A stretch of 64,000 nt of DNA from the NCBI GenBank assembly GCA_965240325.2, contig OZ251235.1:1054001-1118000 (forward strand). The letters run 5' to 3'. This document shows, in pieces, positions 22,801-32,158 of the stretch. Source of the stretch: Rebecca billardiae RCC1528 (Eukaryota; Protista; Haptophyta). The translations under genes and the position numbers were made by a program. The stretch's first letter is position 1. Each line of letters begins with the position of its first letter. A model generated the notes under the pieces. That model saw only the letters and a list, made by a program, of their open reading frames with translations, made no database searches and had not been told where the DNA came from.

Positions 22801-22917
22801 GAGGCGGCGGACGGCGGGGGCGCGCTCAGCCGCGAGGACGTGGCTGCGGGGCGGCGCCTCGCCGAGCTGCTCGCGCGGCTGGGCGGCGGCGGCAGCGGGG
22901 GTGGGGGCGCACGCTGA
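19894..22917 (+). CDS. PAXBP1/GCFC2 (Ntr2/ILP1-like) spliceosome-disassembly factor
   Basis: LLSFGGEEE, GEYTVERLAELR, DEFGR, YP.HY.DAY...CLP.L..P..R and WDPYSARQT of the GCFC domain. Start codon uncertain (19810 or 19894). Confidence 0.8.
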   Translation: MPLRQPPATRDDGAGEEAAAAQGAAGDGVVKRPKKFRKKTPAADGARAAGGGASLLSFGGEEEGDDGDDGAGVLARPKPRARAPGGLPSAEAHGRQRKHRPGLVVPMPPAPPAVVDTQRAQPGEYTVERLAELRRNALPPPSEQRAAEPRDGEETDALPADPAPGVPAAPSAIPSADAVRDARMAREAARLAEAHGSDGDGDEDAGSGARAFIPVGARGGVGGPAEDDEDDDDAGFGGLERAPRAGIGGGGGATAQPSARGGPARPGAKRGTRLTAYDGSDDEGKDDTAAAAAAAQARARAQRAANGGGRAAGGPDGEPAGLPTLPPPPLAAADAIGRLEAVVERERATLGRAEEALDRLEADARAAADAHAAQVTQSGQAARCYEYLQLLTSYVEDLVAMLGAKRGAIEAAAAEVDRVREARARARRRRERADADDDDARAARLLRGLWPEAPPAAVRAAGAAAGGAADAAEEEVDEFGRSRALAERTSVARERRRALREAAEARRRKRRLAAAAAARAPGGARARGVSPDGAAAEDGGAQALGLAMGEGWSSDEAEEEAAEHGGARENGAPHAHADDAAAADDAEAEAEAEAEAVALAALRAVLDDDVDDDFAEPRRVLGTLRGFERAYPQHYADAYVGACLPRLLAPLLRARVAAWAPERDGGGGHAGSGGRGAQAWHAPLVAGEAGLPDVLGEHTPPARSPAGADAEAEAELKLIAALSAQLAAPRLTHSLYFSWDPYSARQTARLVRAAAEVAEALQFVCEEGAAGSGSRGPRDAAARQGACALAGAMSAAASAGSAGEGGGAEEAARALERLRAAVRTRLADAVGECRVPPCPPHAAEGMDPREHAAVWAIAERRYHRSLKLLHCACLWQRAPGALRRAELQQLVAPLVGGALLPALRAVSRAQPVRWALVARLGTALVDVLPSAWLERSAGAPDGALGALAIVGPAHALLLQLSGAHAAAAREAADGGGALSREDVAAGRRLAELLARLGGGGSGGGGAR

Positions 22918-23097
22918 GCGCAGCTTCGGCAGCTTGGCGAGGCCGCGCTGTGGCCCCATGCAGATGCTCGGGCGGCCGGATCTGATGATGATGATTGATG
23001 GTGATGATGATCTACGACGCGTATATATATTCGATGTAACGTAGTACTGCTGCTGATTCATCAATAGTATATGATGAGAGATACTATGGACGATCGA

Positions 23098-24855
23098 TCA
23101 TGACGACGACGATGCTGATGCGAAAGCAGCAGCAGCGCCGGCGCCATCATAATCACCATCCGCTCCGCCGCCCAGTAGCGGCCCTCGACCGGAGCCGCCG
23201 TGTAATGTGGGCTGACTCCTCACGAGGGCGCCTGCGGCCGCACAGCTGCCAGCCGCCACGGTGGAGTCGCGGACGATGCCATCGGCACCGCCACCGGCGA
23301 ACAGGGCGCCGCCGGCGCGGCAGGGGCTGCGCGCGCCTCCGTTCTGCGCGTCCGCAGCCGCCGCGTGTGCGTGCGGGAGGTGGATCAGGTGCTGCCCGCC
23401 GTAGTGGTGCTGCGTGCCGCTGCCGACTGCGTGGTCGAGCGGTATCGCCAGGCCCGAGCCTGCCTCGGCCACCGCCTCCCCGCCGAGCGGCGCGCGCGCC
23501 AAGCCTCCGCGCTCCGCGGCGGTGCGCGCCGCCTTGCGACGTCTGGAGATGGCTACGGTGAAGGCGGCGCCGGCGGCGAGCATGATGAGCGCCACGAGGA
23601 TGCCCACGACCAGCGCCATGGAGGCAAAGAAGCTCGCGACCGCCGCGTCGTCGCCGCCGGACACGCCGCCCGCAGGCGCGCTGCCACCCGCCGCGCGCTG
23701 CCGCAGCCCAAGCAGTACCGAGGTCCCAAGCAGGACGGCCGCGTCCGAGACGAGCTGCAGCGGCGTCGAGGTGACCTGCTCCTCGGCGGCGGCGAGCAGC
23801 CGCTCGTACACCATGCACCCGAGCGGCACGTACGCCAGGAACGTGCCCGTGCCCACCGTGACGATCCACGAGTAGGCCGAGAGCAGGCCCGCGCGCCAGC
23901 CGGCCGTGGAGGCGCTCACGAGTACCCCTCCGGCGCACGCCGTGCCCACCATCGCGTGCAGCGCGGCGACGTTGTCGGTGATGCGCGAGAAGCACGCGGT
24001 GGCGACGAGGACGAGCGCCGAGATCGTCATCTCCGACGTCGTGAACGCCGCCGGCGAGTCGCGCAGCCCCGCCGCGGCGAACAGCTCGGCCTGGTAGAAG
24101 TCGCGGTACGCGCGGAGCACGCCGCACAACACATATGCGCTCACCGCGAGTGACAGGCCCGTGCCGTAGCGCGCGAGGAGCTGCGCGCCCTCCTGGCGAA
24201 CGGAGACGAGCCGCGCGCGCGAGCCGCGACGCTTCACGTCCCACGCCGACGGCGGCGGGTGCCGCCCGACCACGATCGCGGACGCCGTGCCGCAGACGAG
24301 TCCGATCGATGCGCACGTGCGCACCATCGCGCGCTCGCTCAACCCGCGCTGCATCAGCGCAGCGCCGAACGACTTGACGACGCCGGCGACGCCGATGTAC
24401 GAGAAGGAGACCGTGGCGACGATCGCCTCCGTGTGCGTCCGCCCCTCGATCGAGCGCTGCAGCACGCTCCAGCTGGGCGAGAGGAAGACGCACGCCGCCG
24501 ACACGCACGGCACGCCCAGCCACGGCGGCGCGAGCGCGGACGCGACGACGAGGGAGCCCGCGCCCCAGACGATGGCGAGCATCGCCGGGAGCAGCTGACG
24601 CCGCTCCAGCTTGGGCGAGAGCGCGAGCGCCGGCCCCTTGCCCGCGAGGTAGCCGAGCGTCTGCGCGAGCGCGAGCGACGTCTTGAAGTCGCGCCCGAGG
24701 AACGTCTCGCCGCGCCAGCTCGCGGCGAACATGGCCATCTTGATGAAGAAGATGGAGGAGTAGAAGACGAAGGAGGCGATCGCCAGCCGGGCGGTGGAGC
24801 CCGTCACGCGATCGCGACCCACGATCAGCCCCGCGTTCGCCGCCGACGCCGCCAT
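23098..24855 (-). CDS. DUF5690-like multi-pass MFS-type membrane protein (putative transporter)
   Basis: About 12 hydrophobic segments. AQTLGYLAGK, IEGRTHTE, GVVKSFG, PPPS.WD..RR..R, LRAYRDFYQAEL and LAYVP...YERL resemble DUF5690 as I recall it. Confidence 0.7.
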   Translation of the reverse strand: MAASAANAGLIVGRDRVTGSTARLAIASFVFYSSIFFIKMAMFAASWRGETFLGRDFKTSLALAQTLGYLAGKGPALALSPKLERRQLLPAMLAIVWGAGSLVVASALAPPWLGVPCVSAACVFLSPSWSVLQRSIEGRTHTEAIVATVSFSYIGVAGVVKSFGAALMQRGLSERAMVRTCASIGLVCGTASAIVVGRHPPPSAWDVKRRGSRARLVSVRQEGAQLLARYGTGLSLAVSAYVLCGVLRAYRDFYQAELFAAAGLRDSPAAFTTSEMTISALVLVATACFSRITDNVAALHAMVGTACAGGVLVSASTAGWRAGLLSAYSWIVTVGTGTFLAYVPLGCMVYERLLAAAEEQVTSTPLQLVSDAAVLLGTSVLLGLRQRAAGGSAPAGGVSGGDDAAVASFFASMALVVGILVALIMLAAGAAFTVAISRRRKAARTAAERGGLARAPLGGEAVAEAGSGLAIPLDHAVGSGTQHHYGGQHLIHLPHAHAAAADAQNGGARSPCRAGGALFAGGGADGIVRDSTVAAGSCAAAGALVRSQPTLHGGSGRGPLLGGGADGDYDGAGAAAAFASASSSS

Positions 24856-25009
24856 CGCCCTCACGCTCGGCGACCTCGGGCCGAGGCGCCTCGGCGGTCG
24901 GCGTCCAGGACCGGCGACGACTCTGGACGCGCATGCGTGTGATAAAATGATGGTGGCACCGTCGAAACAAATTGCTTTTCCAGCTTTTGCTCACACCTAA
25001 TCGCCTGTG

Positions 25010-25188
25010 CTGCAGCGCGCAGGTGGATTGCGCTTCAGCAGCTCAAGAGTCAAGGCCGCGCTCAAGCTTTACGATCGCGGTGCAGGCTATGCTAGCTGCC
25101 ACCAACGCCGACTTCGTGTCGACGATCGGGCACTGCCTCCGACGAATCAGGAGACCCGCGTCGTCGTCCTACCTGTGTCGTTAAATCA
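25010..25188. repeat. Dispersed repeat, diverged copy at ~57440-57601
   Basis: Shared block caaggccgcgctcaagctttacgatcgcggtgcaggctatgc...cctacctgtgtcgttaaatca. Confidence 0.85.
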
Positions 25189-25193
25189 CATAT

Positions 25194-25335
25194 CTGTCTG
25201 ACCTGGACGGAAGGCGCGGACGCATTCTATGTGTCTGTTGCACTCTGAGCCTGACGCTTGTCCGATGCTGCCACGTCGTTAAATATATATAGGTAATAAC
25301 TAGTCGTTATATATTTAACGACGTGGCAGCATCGT
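25194..25335. mobile_element. Fragments of the TTAACGACGTGG repeat family; inverted copy of 27379-27471 plus a local 26-bp-arm hairpin
   Basis: 25194-25288 is the reverse complement of 27379-27471. gatgctgccacgtcgttaaatatata and tatatatttaacgacgtggcagcatc form an inverted pair. Confidence 0.7.
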
Positions 25336-26038
25336 TATATATGACCGCGTTCCGCGGTCCTTTTCCGTAGAACCAACGCAGTTCGGGGCCCGCGGCGCAG
25401 TGGTTGAGAATGAGACTGACGAGTCAGTCATCAGTCAGTCCGAGTCAGAAAGACAGTTCAGCCACTCTGAGAGGGAGAGTCAGACCCGAGACCGAGTCTC
25501 GGACTCGGCGCGAGTATGCGGGCGCGCACGGCCAAGGGTGGCATGGGACACCAGCGGACGGGCCGCGCGGGGAAGCGGGGCGGCGCGCTCGCAGGGCGAG
25601 AGGCGCGGACGGGCCGCGCGGGGAAGCGGGGCGGCGGCGCGCGCAGGGCGAGAGGGCGAGAGGCGCCGCGCGGCGCCGGGCCGGCGCGTGCGCGCGTGCG
25701 GGCGCACCTGCTTCAGCTTGCAAGGTGCTCGCGCTGCGCCATGCGCTCGACGAAGGGCCGCTGGTCGCGAGCCGGCGCGTGCGCGCGAGCGGGCGCACCT
25801 GCTTGAGGTACTCGCCCTGCGCCATGCGCTCGACGACGGGCCGCTGGTCGCTCAGCCGGCACGCCTCGTGCCGGCAGAGCGAGAGCGCGCGCCACTGCAG
25901 ACTGCTGGCCCGCCGGCCTGCCGGCTGCGCAGCCGCGCACCGAGACCGACCGAGCGGAGCTCGGGGCGGTGGAACGAGGCGAGCGGCGCGTCGCGCCTGC
26001 CGCCGCGCGTGCGCGCCTGCTCCACCGCGCCGCCGTGC

Positions 26039-26870
26039 TCGCCCGCCGCCTCCTCCGCCGCGTCGGCCTCGAAGACGGCGGCTGCCAGCGGCAGGCTGAG
26101 CTGCGCGCGGCTCACTCACACTGTCTGTGAGTCCTCACGCTGCTGCCGGACCTCCGCGCCGCCGTCGACCGAGTTGAGGAGGAGCTCGCGCTCGGCGTCG
26201 AGGCGCGAGCTCGCGTGCTCGAGCTCGCCCTTCAGCCGCGCGAGCTCCGGGCGCATCCGGCTCATCAGCTCTGCCGCGCCGCTCGCTCGGCGGCGGCGGG
26301 CGGCGCGCTCTGCTCCGGTCGGCGAGCGACGAGCTCGCGTGCTCCGGACTCGGCTCGCCCTTGCGCGCTGCTCCTCGAGTGACGAACGCGCCCGCGGGCA
26401 GGTTGTTGCCCGTCGCCCCCGCCGCGATCTCGCCGCCCCCGCCGCGATCTCGTCGCCCGCCGCCTCCTCCGCCGCGTCGGCCTCGAAGACGGCGGCTGCC
26501 AGCGGCAGGCTGAGCTGCGCGCGGCTCACTCACACTGTCTGTGAGTCCTCACGCTGCTGCCGGACCTCCGCGCCGCCGTCGACTGAGTTGAGGAGGAGCT
26601 CGGGCTCGGCGTCGAGGCGCGAGCTCGCGTGCTCGAGCTCGCCCTTCAGCCGCGCGAGCTCCGGGCGCATCCGGCTCATCAGCTCTGCCGCGCCGCTCGC
26701 TCGGCGGCGGCGGGCGGCGCGCTCTGCTCCGGTCGGCGAGCGACGAGCTCGCGTGCTCCGGACTCGGCTCGCCCTTGCGCGCTGCTCCTCGAGTGACGAA
26801 CGCGCCCGCGGGCAGGTTGTTGCCCGTCGCCCCCGCCGCGATCTCGCCGCCCCCGCCGCGATCTCGTCGC
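26039..26870. repeat. 414-bp tandem duplication of a degenerate coding-like fragment
   Basis: Units 26039-26452 and 26453-26870 are near-identical. The minus-strand frames are broken by stops. Confidence 0.9.
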
Positions 26871-27348
26871 GCATGTGTCCGTGGCGCGCGCCTGCGAGGT
26901 GACAGGCGGGCCGCGAGCTCAGCCTCGGGGAGAGCGGAGCGAGAGGGCGAGACGCGCGGCCTGCGAGGCGACAGGCGCGCTCGGGGAGAGCATTTTACTA
27001 TTCACATTTAGAAGTGATCAAGTTTCCCGAGCCCTTGCCTTGCCGTTTTTATCGGTTGGCGGTTGGCGGCAATCTCATACTTAAAATCGCGCTCGTAACG
27101 AACCGTTACACTAATGTCACGTCCAGCTGACGTCCAGATCGCACTTTACTTAAGGGAATCAGCTGGGCGCGGTTTTTTTCGGCCTAATAGACCTCTCTAT
27201 GCGATCTCAAAAACTCGAAACTCGGTCTCCGCCAGCCCTAAAAATCGCCCCCCGTCCCTTTTTTCTTGATCAAAGATCTTTTTGAAACGTGGTTCGGGCC
27301 CGCTGGTGCGGGCTCCACGCTGCGCGCTCCGCCCTGCACCGCGGGCCA

Positions 27349-28000
<652 letters not shown>

Positions 28001-28525
28001 CGACGTGGTATGCAACGGGCAGGCGTCAAAGTCAGCAAGCTGTAGCAGCATCAGATCGAGCAGCAGAGACAAACACCAGGATCAGCGCTCCTCGCCGTCG
28101 TCCCCCCCCCCTCGTAGTCGCCCATCACTCCATCGCCGAGCGGGTTATATATATATATATATTATAATAATATATATAGAATGAGTCAAGGTGTGATGCG
28201 GAGGGTAGCGCTGGGTCTGGGAGCTCGGCCTCGAGTCTCTGGTAACTCTGTGCAGACGACACGGTCTGACAGTCTGTGCACGCTGTGACGCCCCGGACGC
28301 TCACCGGAGTAGGACTGATCACTAGGAGACTGTCTGTCTGTCTAGGAGTCACACGCGGTGTCCGGAGACACCGGAGCGGTCCGCCCTGCGCGACGAGTCC
28401 CGCGTCAAGTAATACGAGCAGTACGCAGCGCGCGGCGTATTGTAGTCCGATAAGCTCTACTGAGTCGACTAAGTTCAAATGAAGTGCCACTGAGACCATA
28501 TGGAGCAGTAGGCTCAGCGTGCGCG

Positions 28526-29527
28526 CTAGCTAGTAGTAGCTGTAGTCTGGCCGTACGGCGGGTCTCTCACCCTTCTAGCCATAACCACAGGTCGTACTTG
28601 AGTCGTCGTCGACTGTGCTGGCGACGGAAGTAGTGCACCTTGCTGCCCGTGCTGGTGGTTGCGGTCGCCAGGCGAGTGGGTCGCATCATCTGCTGCATGG
28701 TTGCCCAGTCGCTGGCCCAGCCACTCAGCACCAGTGCGCTGCCTGCCATCAAACGAATCGGCGATCTTGCCATGCGAGCGCCAGGGCACAACGCGCGCCT
28801 TGACCAGCCGCGGCAGCTGCGAGTGCGAGCGCAGCTGCGCTGCGACATCAGAGACTGCAGCGGCGCTGCTCGTGTGATTCTGCTGTCGCTGGGCGGCGCT
28901 CGTACCCTGGTCGTCCATGCGTTGCTCCCGCTTGCGCTTGTGCCCAGAAGCGGGCCGAAGACGGATCATGCCGGCCAGCTTGTGCATAGCGCACCGGCTG
29001 GCGTGCGCGTCGCCCGGCATGGCAAACGAAGGCTGCTTGGTGCAGCCGGTGTGATCACACTTGGCGTTCTTCAAATCCACCATGCCGGCCAGCTTGTGCG
29101 TAACGCACCGGCTGACGCGCGCGTCGCCCGGCATGCCGAACGAAGGCTGCTTGGTGCAGCCGGTATGATCACACTTGGGGTTCTTCAAATCCACCATGCC
29201 GGCCAGCGTGTGCGCAGTACACCGGCTGGCGCGCGCGTCGCCCGGCATGCCGAACGAAGGCTGCTTGGTGCAGCCGGTATGATCACACTTGCTGCTCTTC
29301 AAATCCACCATGCCAGCCAGCTTGTGCGCAGCGCACCGGCTGGCGCGCGCGTCGCCCGGCATGCCAAACGAAGGGCACTTGGTGCAGTCGGTATGATCAC
29401 ACTTGGCGCTCTTCAAATCCACCATGCCGGCCAGCTTGTGCGTAGCACACCGGCTGGCGCGCGTGTCGCCCGGCATGGCAAACGAAGGCTGCTTGGTGCA
29501 GCCAGCGTGATCACACTTGGAGGGCAT
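28526..29527 (-). CDS. EsV-1-7-type cysteine-rich repeat protein (5 x 38-aa repeats)
   Basis: Five 114-bp units of KCDHxGCTKQPSFGMPGDARASRCxxHKLAGMVDL (C-x4-C-x16-C-x2-H), followed by a basic HKRKR motif. A degenerate sixth unit (ELAGTVDV) lies upstream. Confidence 0.8.
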   Translation of the reverse strand: MPSKCDHAGCTKQPSFAMPGDTRASRCATHKLAGMVDLKSAKCDHTDCTKCPSFGMPGDARASRCAAHKLAGMVDLKSSKCDHTGCTKQPSFGMPGDARASRCTAHTLAGMVDLKNPKCDHTGCTKQPSFGMPGDARVSRCVTHKLAGMVDLKNAKCDHTGCTKQPSFAMPGDAHASRCAMHKLAGMIRLRPASGHKRKREQRMDDQGTSAAQRQQNHTSSAAAVSDVAAQLRSHSQLPRLVKARVVPWRSHGKIADSFDGRQRTGAEWLGQRLGNHAADDATHSPGDRNHQHGQQGALLPSPAQSTTTQVRPVVMARRVRDPPYGQTTATTS

Positions 29528-29883
29528 CACGTCGACCGTGCCGGCCAGCTCGTATGCGTCTCGTGATTGTCGCGCAAGCCGAGCAGAGACTTGTGGCCAG
29601 CGGTCGCCCCAGCCGAAGACGCCGGCCGAGAAGTTGCGAGCGGCCTGCGGCTGAAGCCGGTGCTTGGCTGCTTCCTCATCAAGAGCGCCGCGCCGGACTC
29701 GTCGGAAAGGCAGCCGAGTGCGCGCATCATCGTTTTAGTTTCTTAATTTTATTCGAGGTCGTCATATTTAATGCGTGGCCCCGTCAGGCGTCGGACGAGT
29801 CGCGAGTGGGCGGCCCCTCGGACTCGGGCCTGAGTCCGTGACAGCACTGAGGGCGGCCTTCGGCAGGCGCGGCGAGTGCGTTC

Positions 29884-31984
29884 TCAGCCGCACACGTCGC
29901 CGTCGTGCAGCGTGAACGCGAAGAGCGTCGCGTTGCCGCACAGCGAGAAGCGAAGCTGCACCTCGCGCGCGCGCATCACGGCGAGGCTGTCGCCGCCTCG
30001 CCACGAGACGCCGACCGCGCGGCCGTCCAGGCGCGCGATGGGCTGGGCGTCGGCGGCGGCGAAGCCTCGGAAGGGCTCGCCCGTGCGCGTGTCCAGCACT
30101 TCGACGCGCACCTCGTCGAGCGCGCCCGCCGCGCGCACGTTCAGCGTGAGCGAGCGCGCGAACAGCGCGAACGGCCGCGTCACGAGCTCGCCGCACTCGC
30201 TCGCGCCTTTGGGGACGGACTGCCGGTGGCACTCACCGTCGCGCCGCAGCCCGCCGAGCCGGTGGAAGGGCCAGCTCGCGCGGATGAGCGTGGGCACGCG
30301 GGCCCAGCGGTTCTCGTGCTGCACCGCGCGCGCCTCGTAGTACAGGAGGTGCTCGCCCTGCGCCGTCGTCACCAGCTCGGAGACCGGCTGCATATACCCG
30401 TGGTCGGGCGGGCACAGCTCCGCCGTGTTGCGCTGGCAGTCGGGACGGCCGACGAGCGGCGTGTCGGCGTACACGGGGCCGAGGTCGTACGTGCGGCCGT
30501 CGTCGCGGGTGGGCGCGGCGAAGATGTCGAGCACATCCGTCGTGTACGGCGGCCGCTTGAGCGGCAGCCCGGGCCAGTGCAGGACCGTCATCACCCCGAG
30601 CAGCAGCGCGTCCTCAGCCGGAGCGGCGGACGGCGCCGCCGCCAGACGGTCCGCGGAGGCGCGCGGCGCGCTCTCGTCGCGGCGCACGCAGTGCGGCAGG
30701 CGCGTGGGCACCTCGCTCAGCGTGAGCGTGTAGATCTGCCGCTCGTACCGCTCCTGCCACCCCTCGCGGTCGAGCTTCCACCGCGTGAGCTCCTCGAACG
30801 AGTGCGGGTCGTCGTCGAGCCGGCGTGTGCGCGAGAGCGTCACGCCGCGCACCGCGCGCCACTCCGAGCTCTTGGCCGTGTTGCCGAACGCCTGCACGCG
30901 CGGCGCGCGAGGGCGTGGGGCCGCGATCGCGCGGCGTGAGCGCCACGCGTCGCGCGCCGGCCCCCGCCGCGCCCAGCCCAGCCCCCGCGGGCCGCCGCCG
31001 CCGCCGCCTTCGCGCGCGCACCATCCGCTTGTGCAACATGTGCGCGCGCTCGCGGTCCGACCAGCGCACGCAGTTGTACGAGTCTGCGTGGTTTGCGCAC
31101 GTCTTGCCGCAGCACTCGGCGATCTTGTCGCAGGTGGAGAAGCCGTACCCCGCGCGCCCGCTCGTCGGGTCCGCCTCGCGCTTCAGCGGCAGCCACCGCC
31201 CGAGCCCGTTCGCGCTCACGTTCGCCTGCGCCAGGCAGACAGACTCGGCGTTGTTGCCGCAGTGGTACCCCATCAGGAGGCGGCGGTGCGGCGCGTCGTG
31301 CGTGACGCACATGCCGAAGCCGTCGTAGCCGCCGCGGTTGACCCAGCCCTGCTTGCCCCACACCAGCCCGTCGTCCGACTCGACGTAGAACCCGTACTTG
31401 TTCCCCAGCCACATGCGCCACTTGCGGTACGCCGCGCTGGGCGGGAAGACGCTCCCGTAGAAGCTGAAGCGCGTCGCGTGGAACTTCTTGCACGGGATGG
31501 GCCCACAGTCCATCGACGCGTTGATCGGCAGCTTGGTCGGTGCCTCGTACGCGCGCGCCACGCAGCGGTGCCGCTCGATCGCGTGGTCGTCGAGCAGCAG
31601 CTGCGCCTCGCCCGGCCGCGGCGCGAAGGGCTTGCGGTGCAGCGATGCGCGGTAGCGGTCGGCCCAGCAGGACGTGCAGTAGGGCAGGTGCGACTCGTCG
31701 ACCACGTACCCGCGCGGCGGGCGGCGCATGTCGCGGTGCGCGCGGATCAGCCCGTCCGCCACCTTGTTCCGCAAGGTGCGGTCGCGCTCGCGGTCCTCTG
31801 CCGAGCGCCGCGGCCACGCGGGCAGCGGCTGGTCCGCGACGCGCGTCCAGGCGAAGGTGGCGCCGTAGTCCGCACCCGTGGCGCTCTTGTTGCTCCACGT
31901 CGCCGCGAGTGGCCAGGGCCCCGCCTCCGCTGGCCACGGCGCGCCGGCGCTGAGCACCGCGGTGGCGGCGAGGGCGACGAGCAT
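29884..31984 (-). CDS. Secreted five-bladed beta-propeller glycoside-hydrolase-like protein; exons 31984-31022, 30891-29884
   Basis: Signal peptide MLVALAATAVLSAG. QLLLDDHAIE, YGSV, ESDDGLVW (Asp-box-like), C-terminal LTLN...VRVEVLD...VSWRG...VQLRF...LFAF. GT-AG intron at 30892-31021. Confidence 0.65.
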
Positions 31985-32158
31985 CCCGATGGAGGCGTTG
32001 GGATGCGCGGTGGCTGTGGCCTGCCGCGCTGCACAGCCTCCGAGGCGATCCGGACTGCACGGCGAGCGCCGGACAATGCTTCCGTTGGTCAATGTCGCCG
32101 TCACTCGTACTTCGTCTCCGAACTCCGCGGCGTGCAGAACACGCCCATCAGCATCCCG

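Noticed and set aside
30785-32158. N-terminal extension of the 2491-aa ORF
   Set aside because: It is the antisense shadow of the minus-strand hydrolase-like gene.
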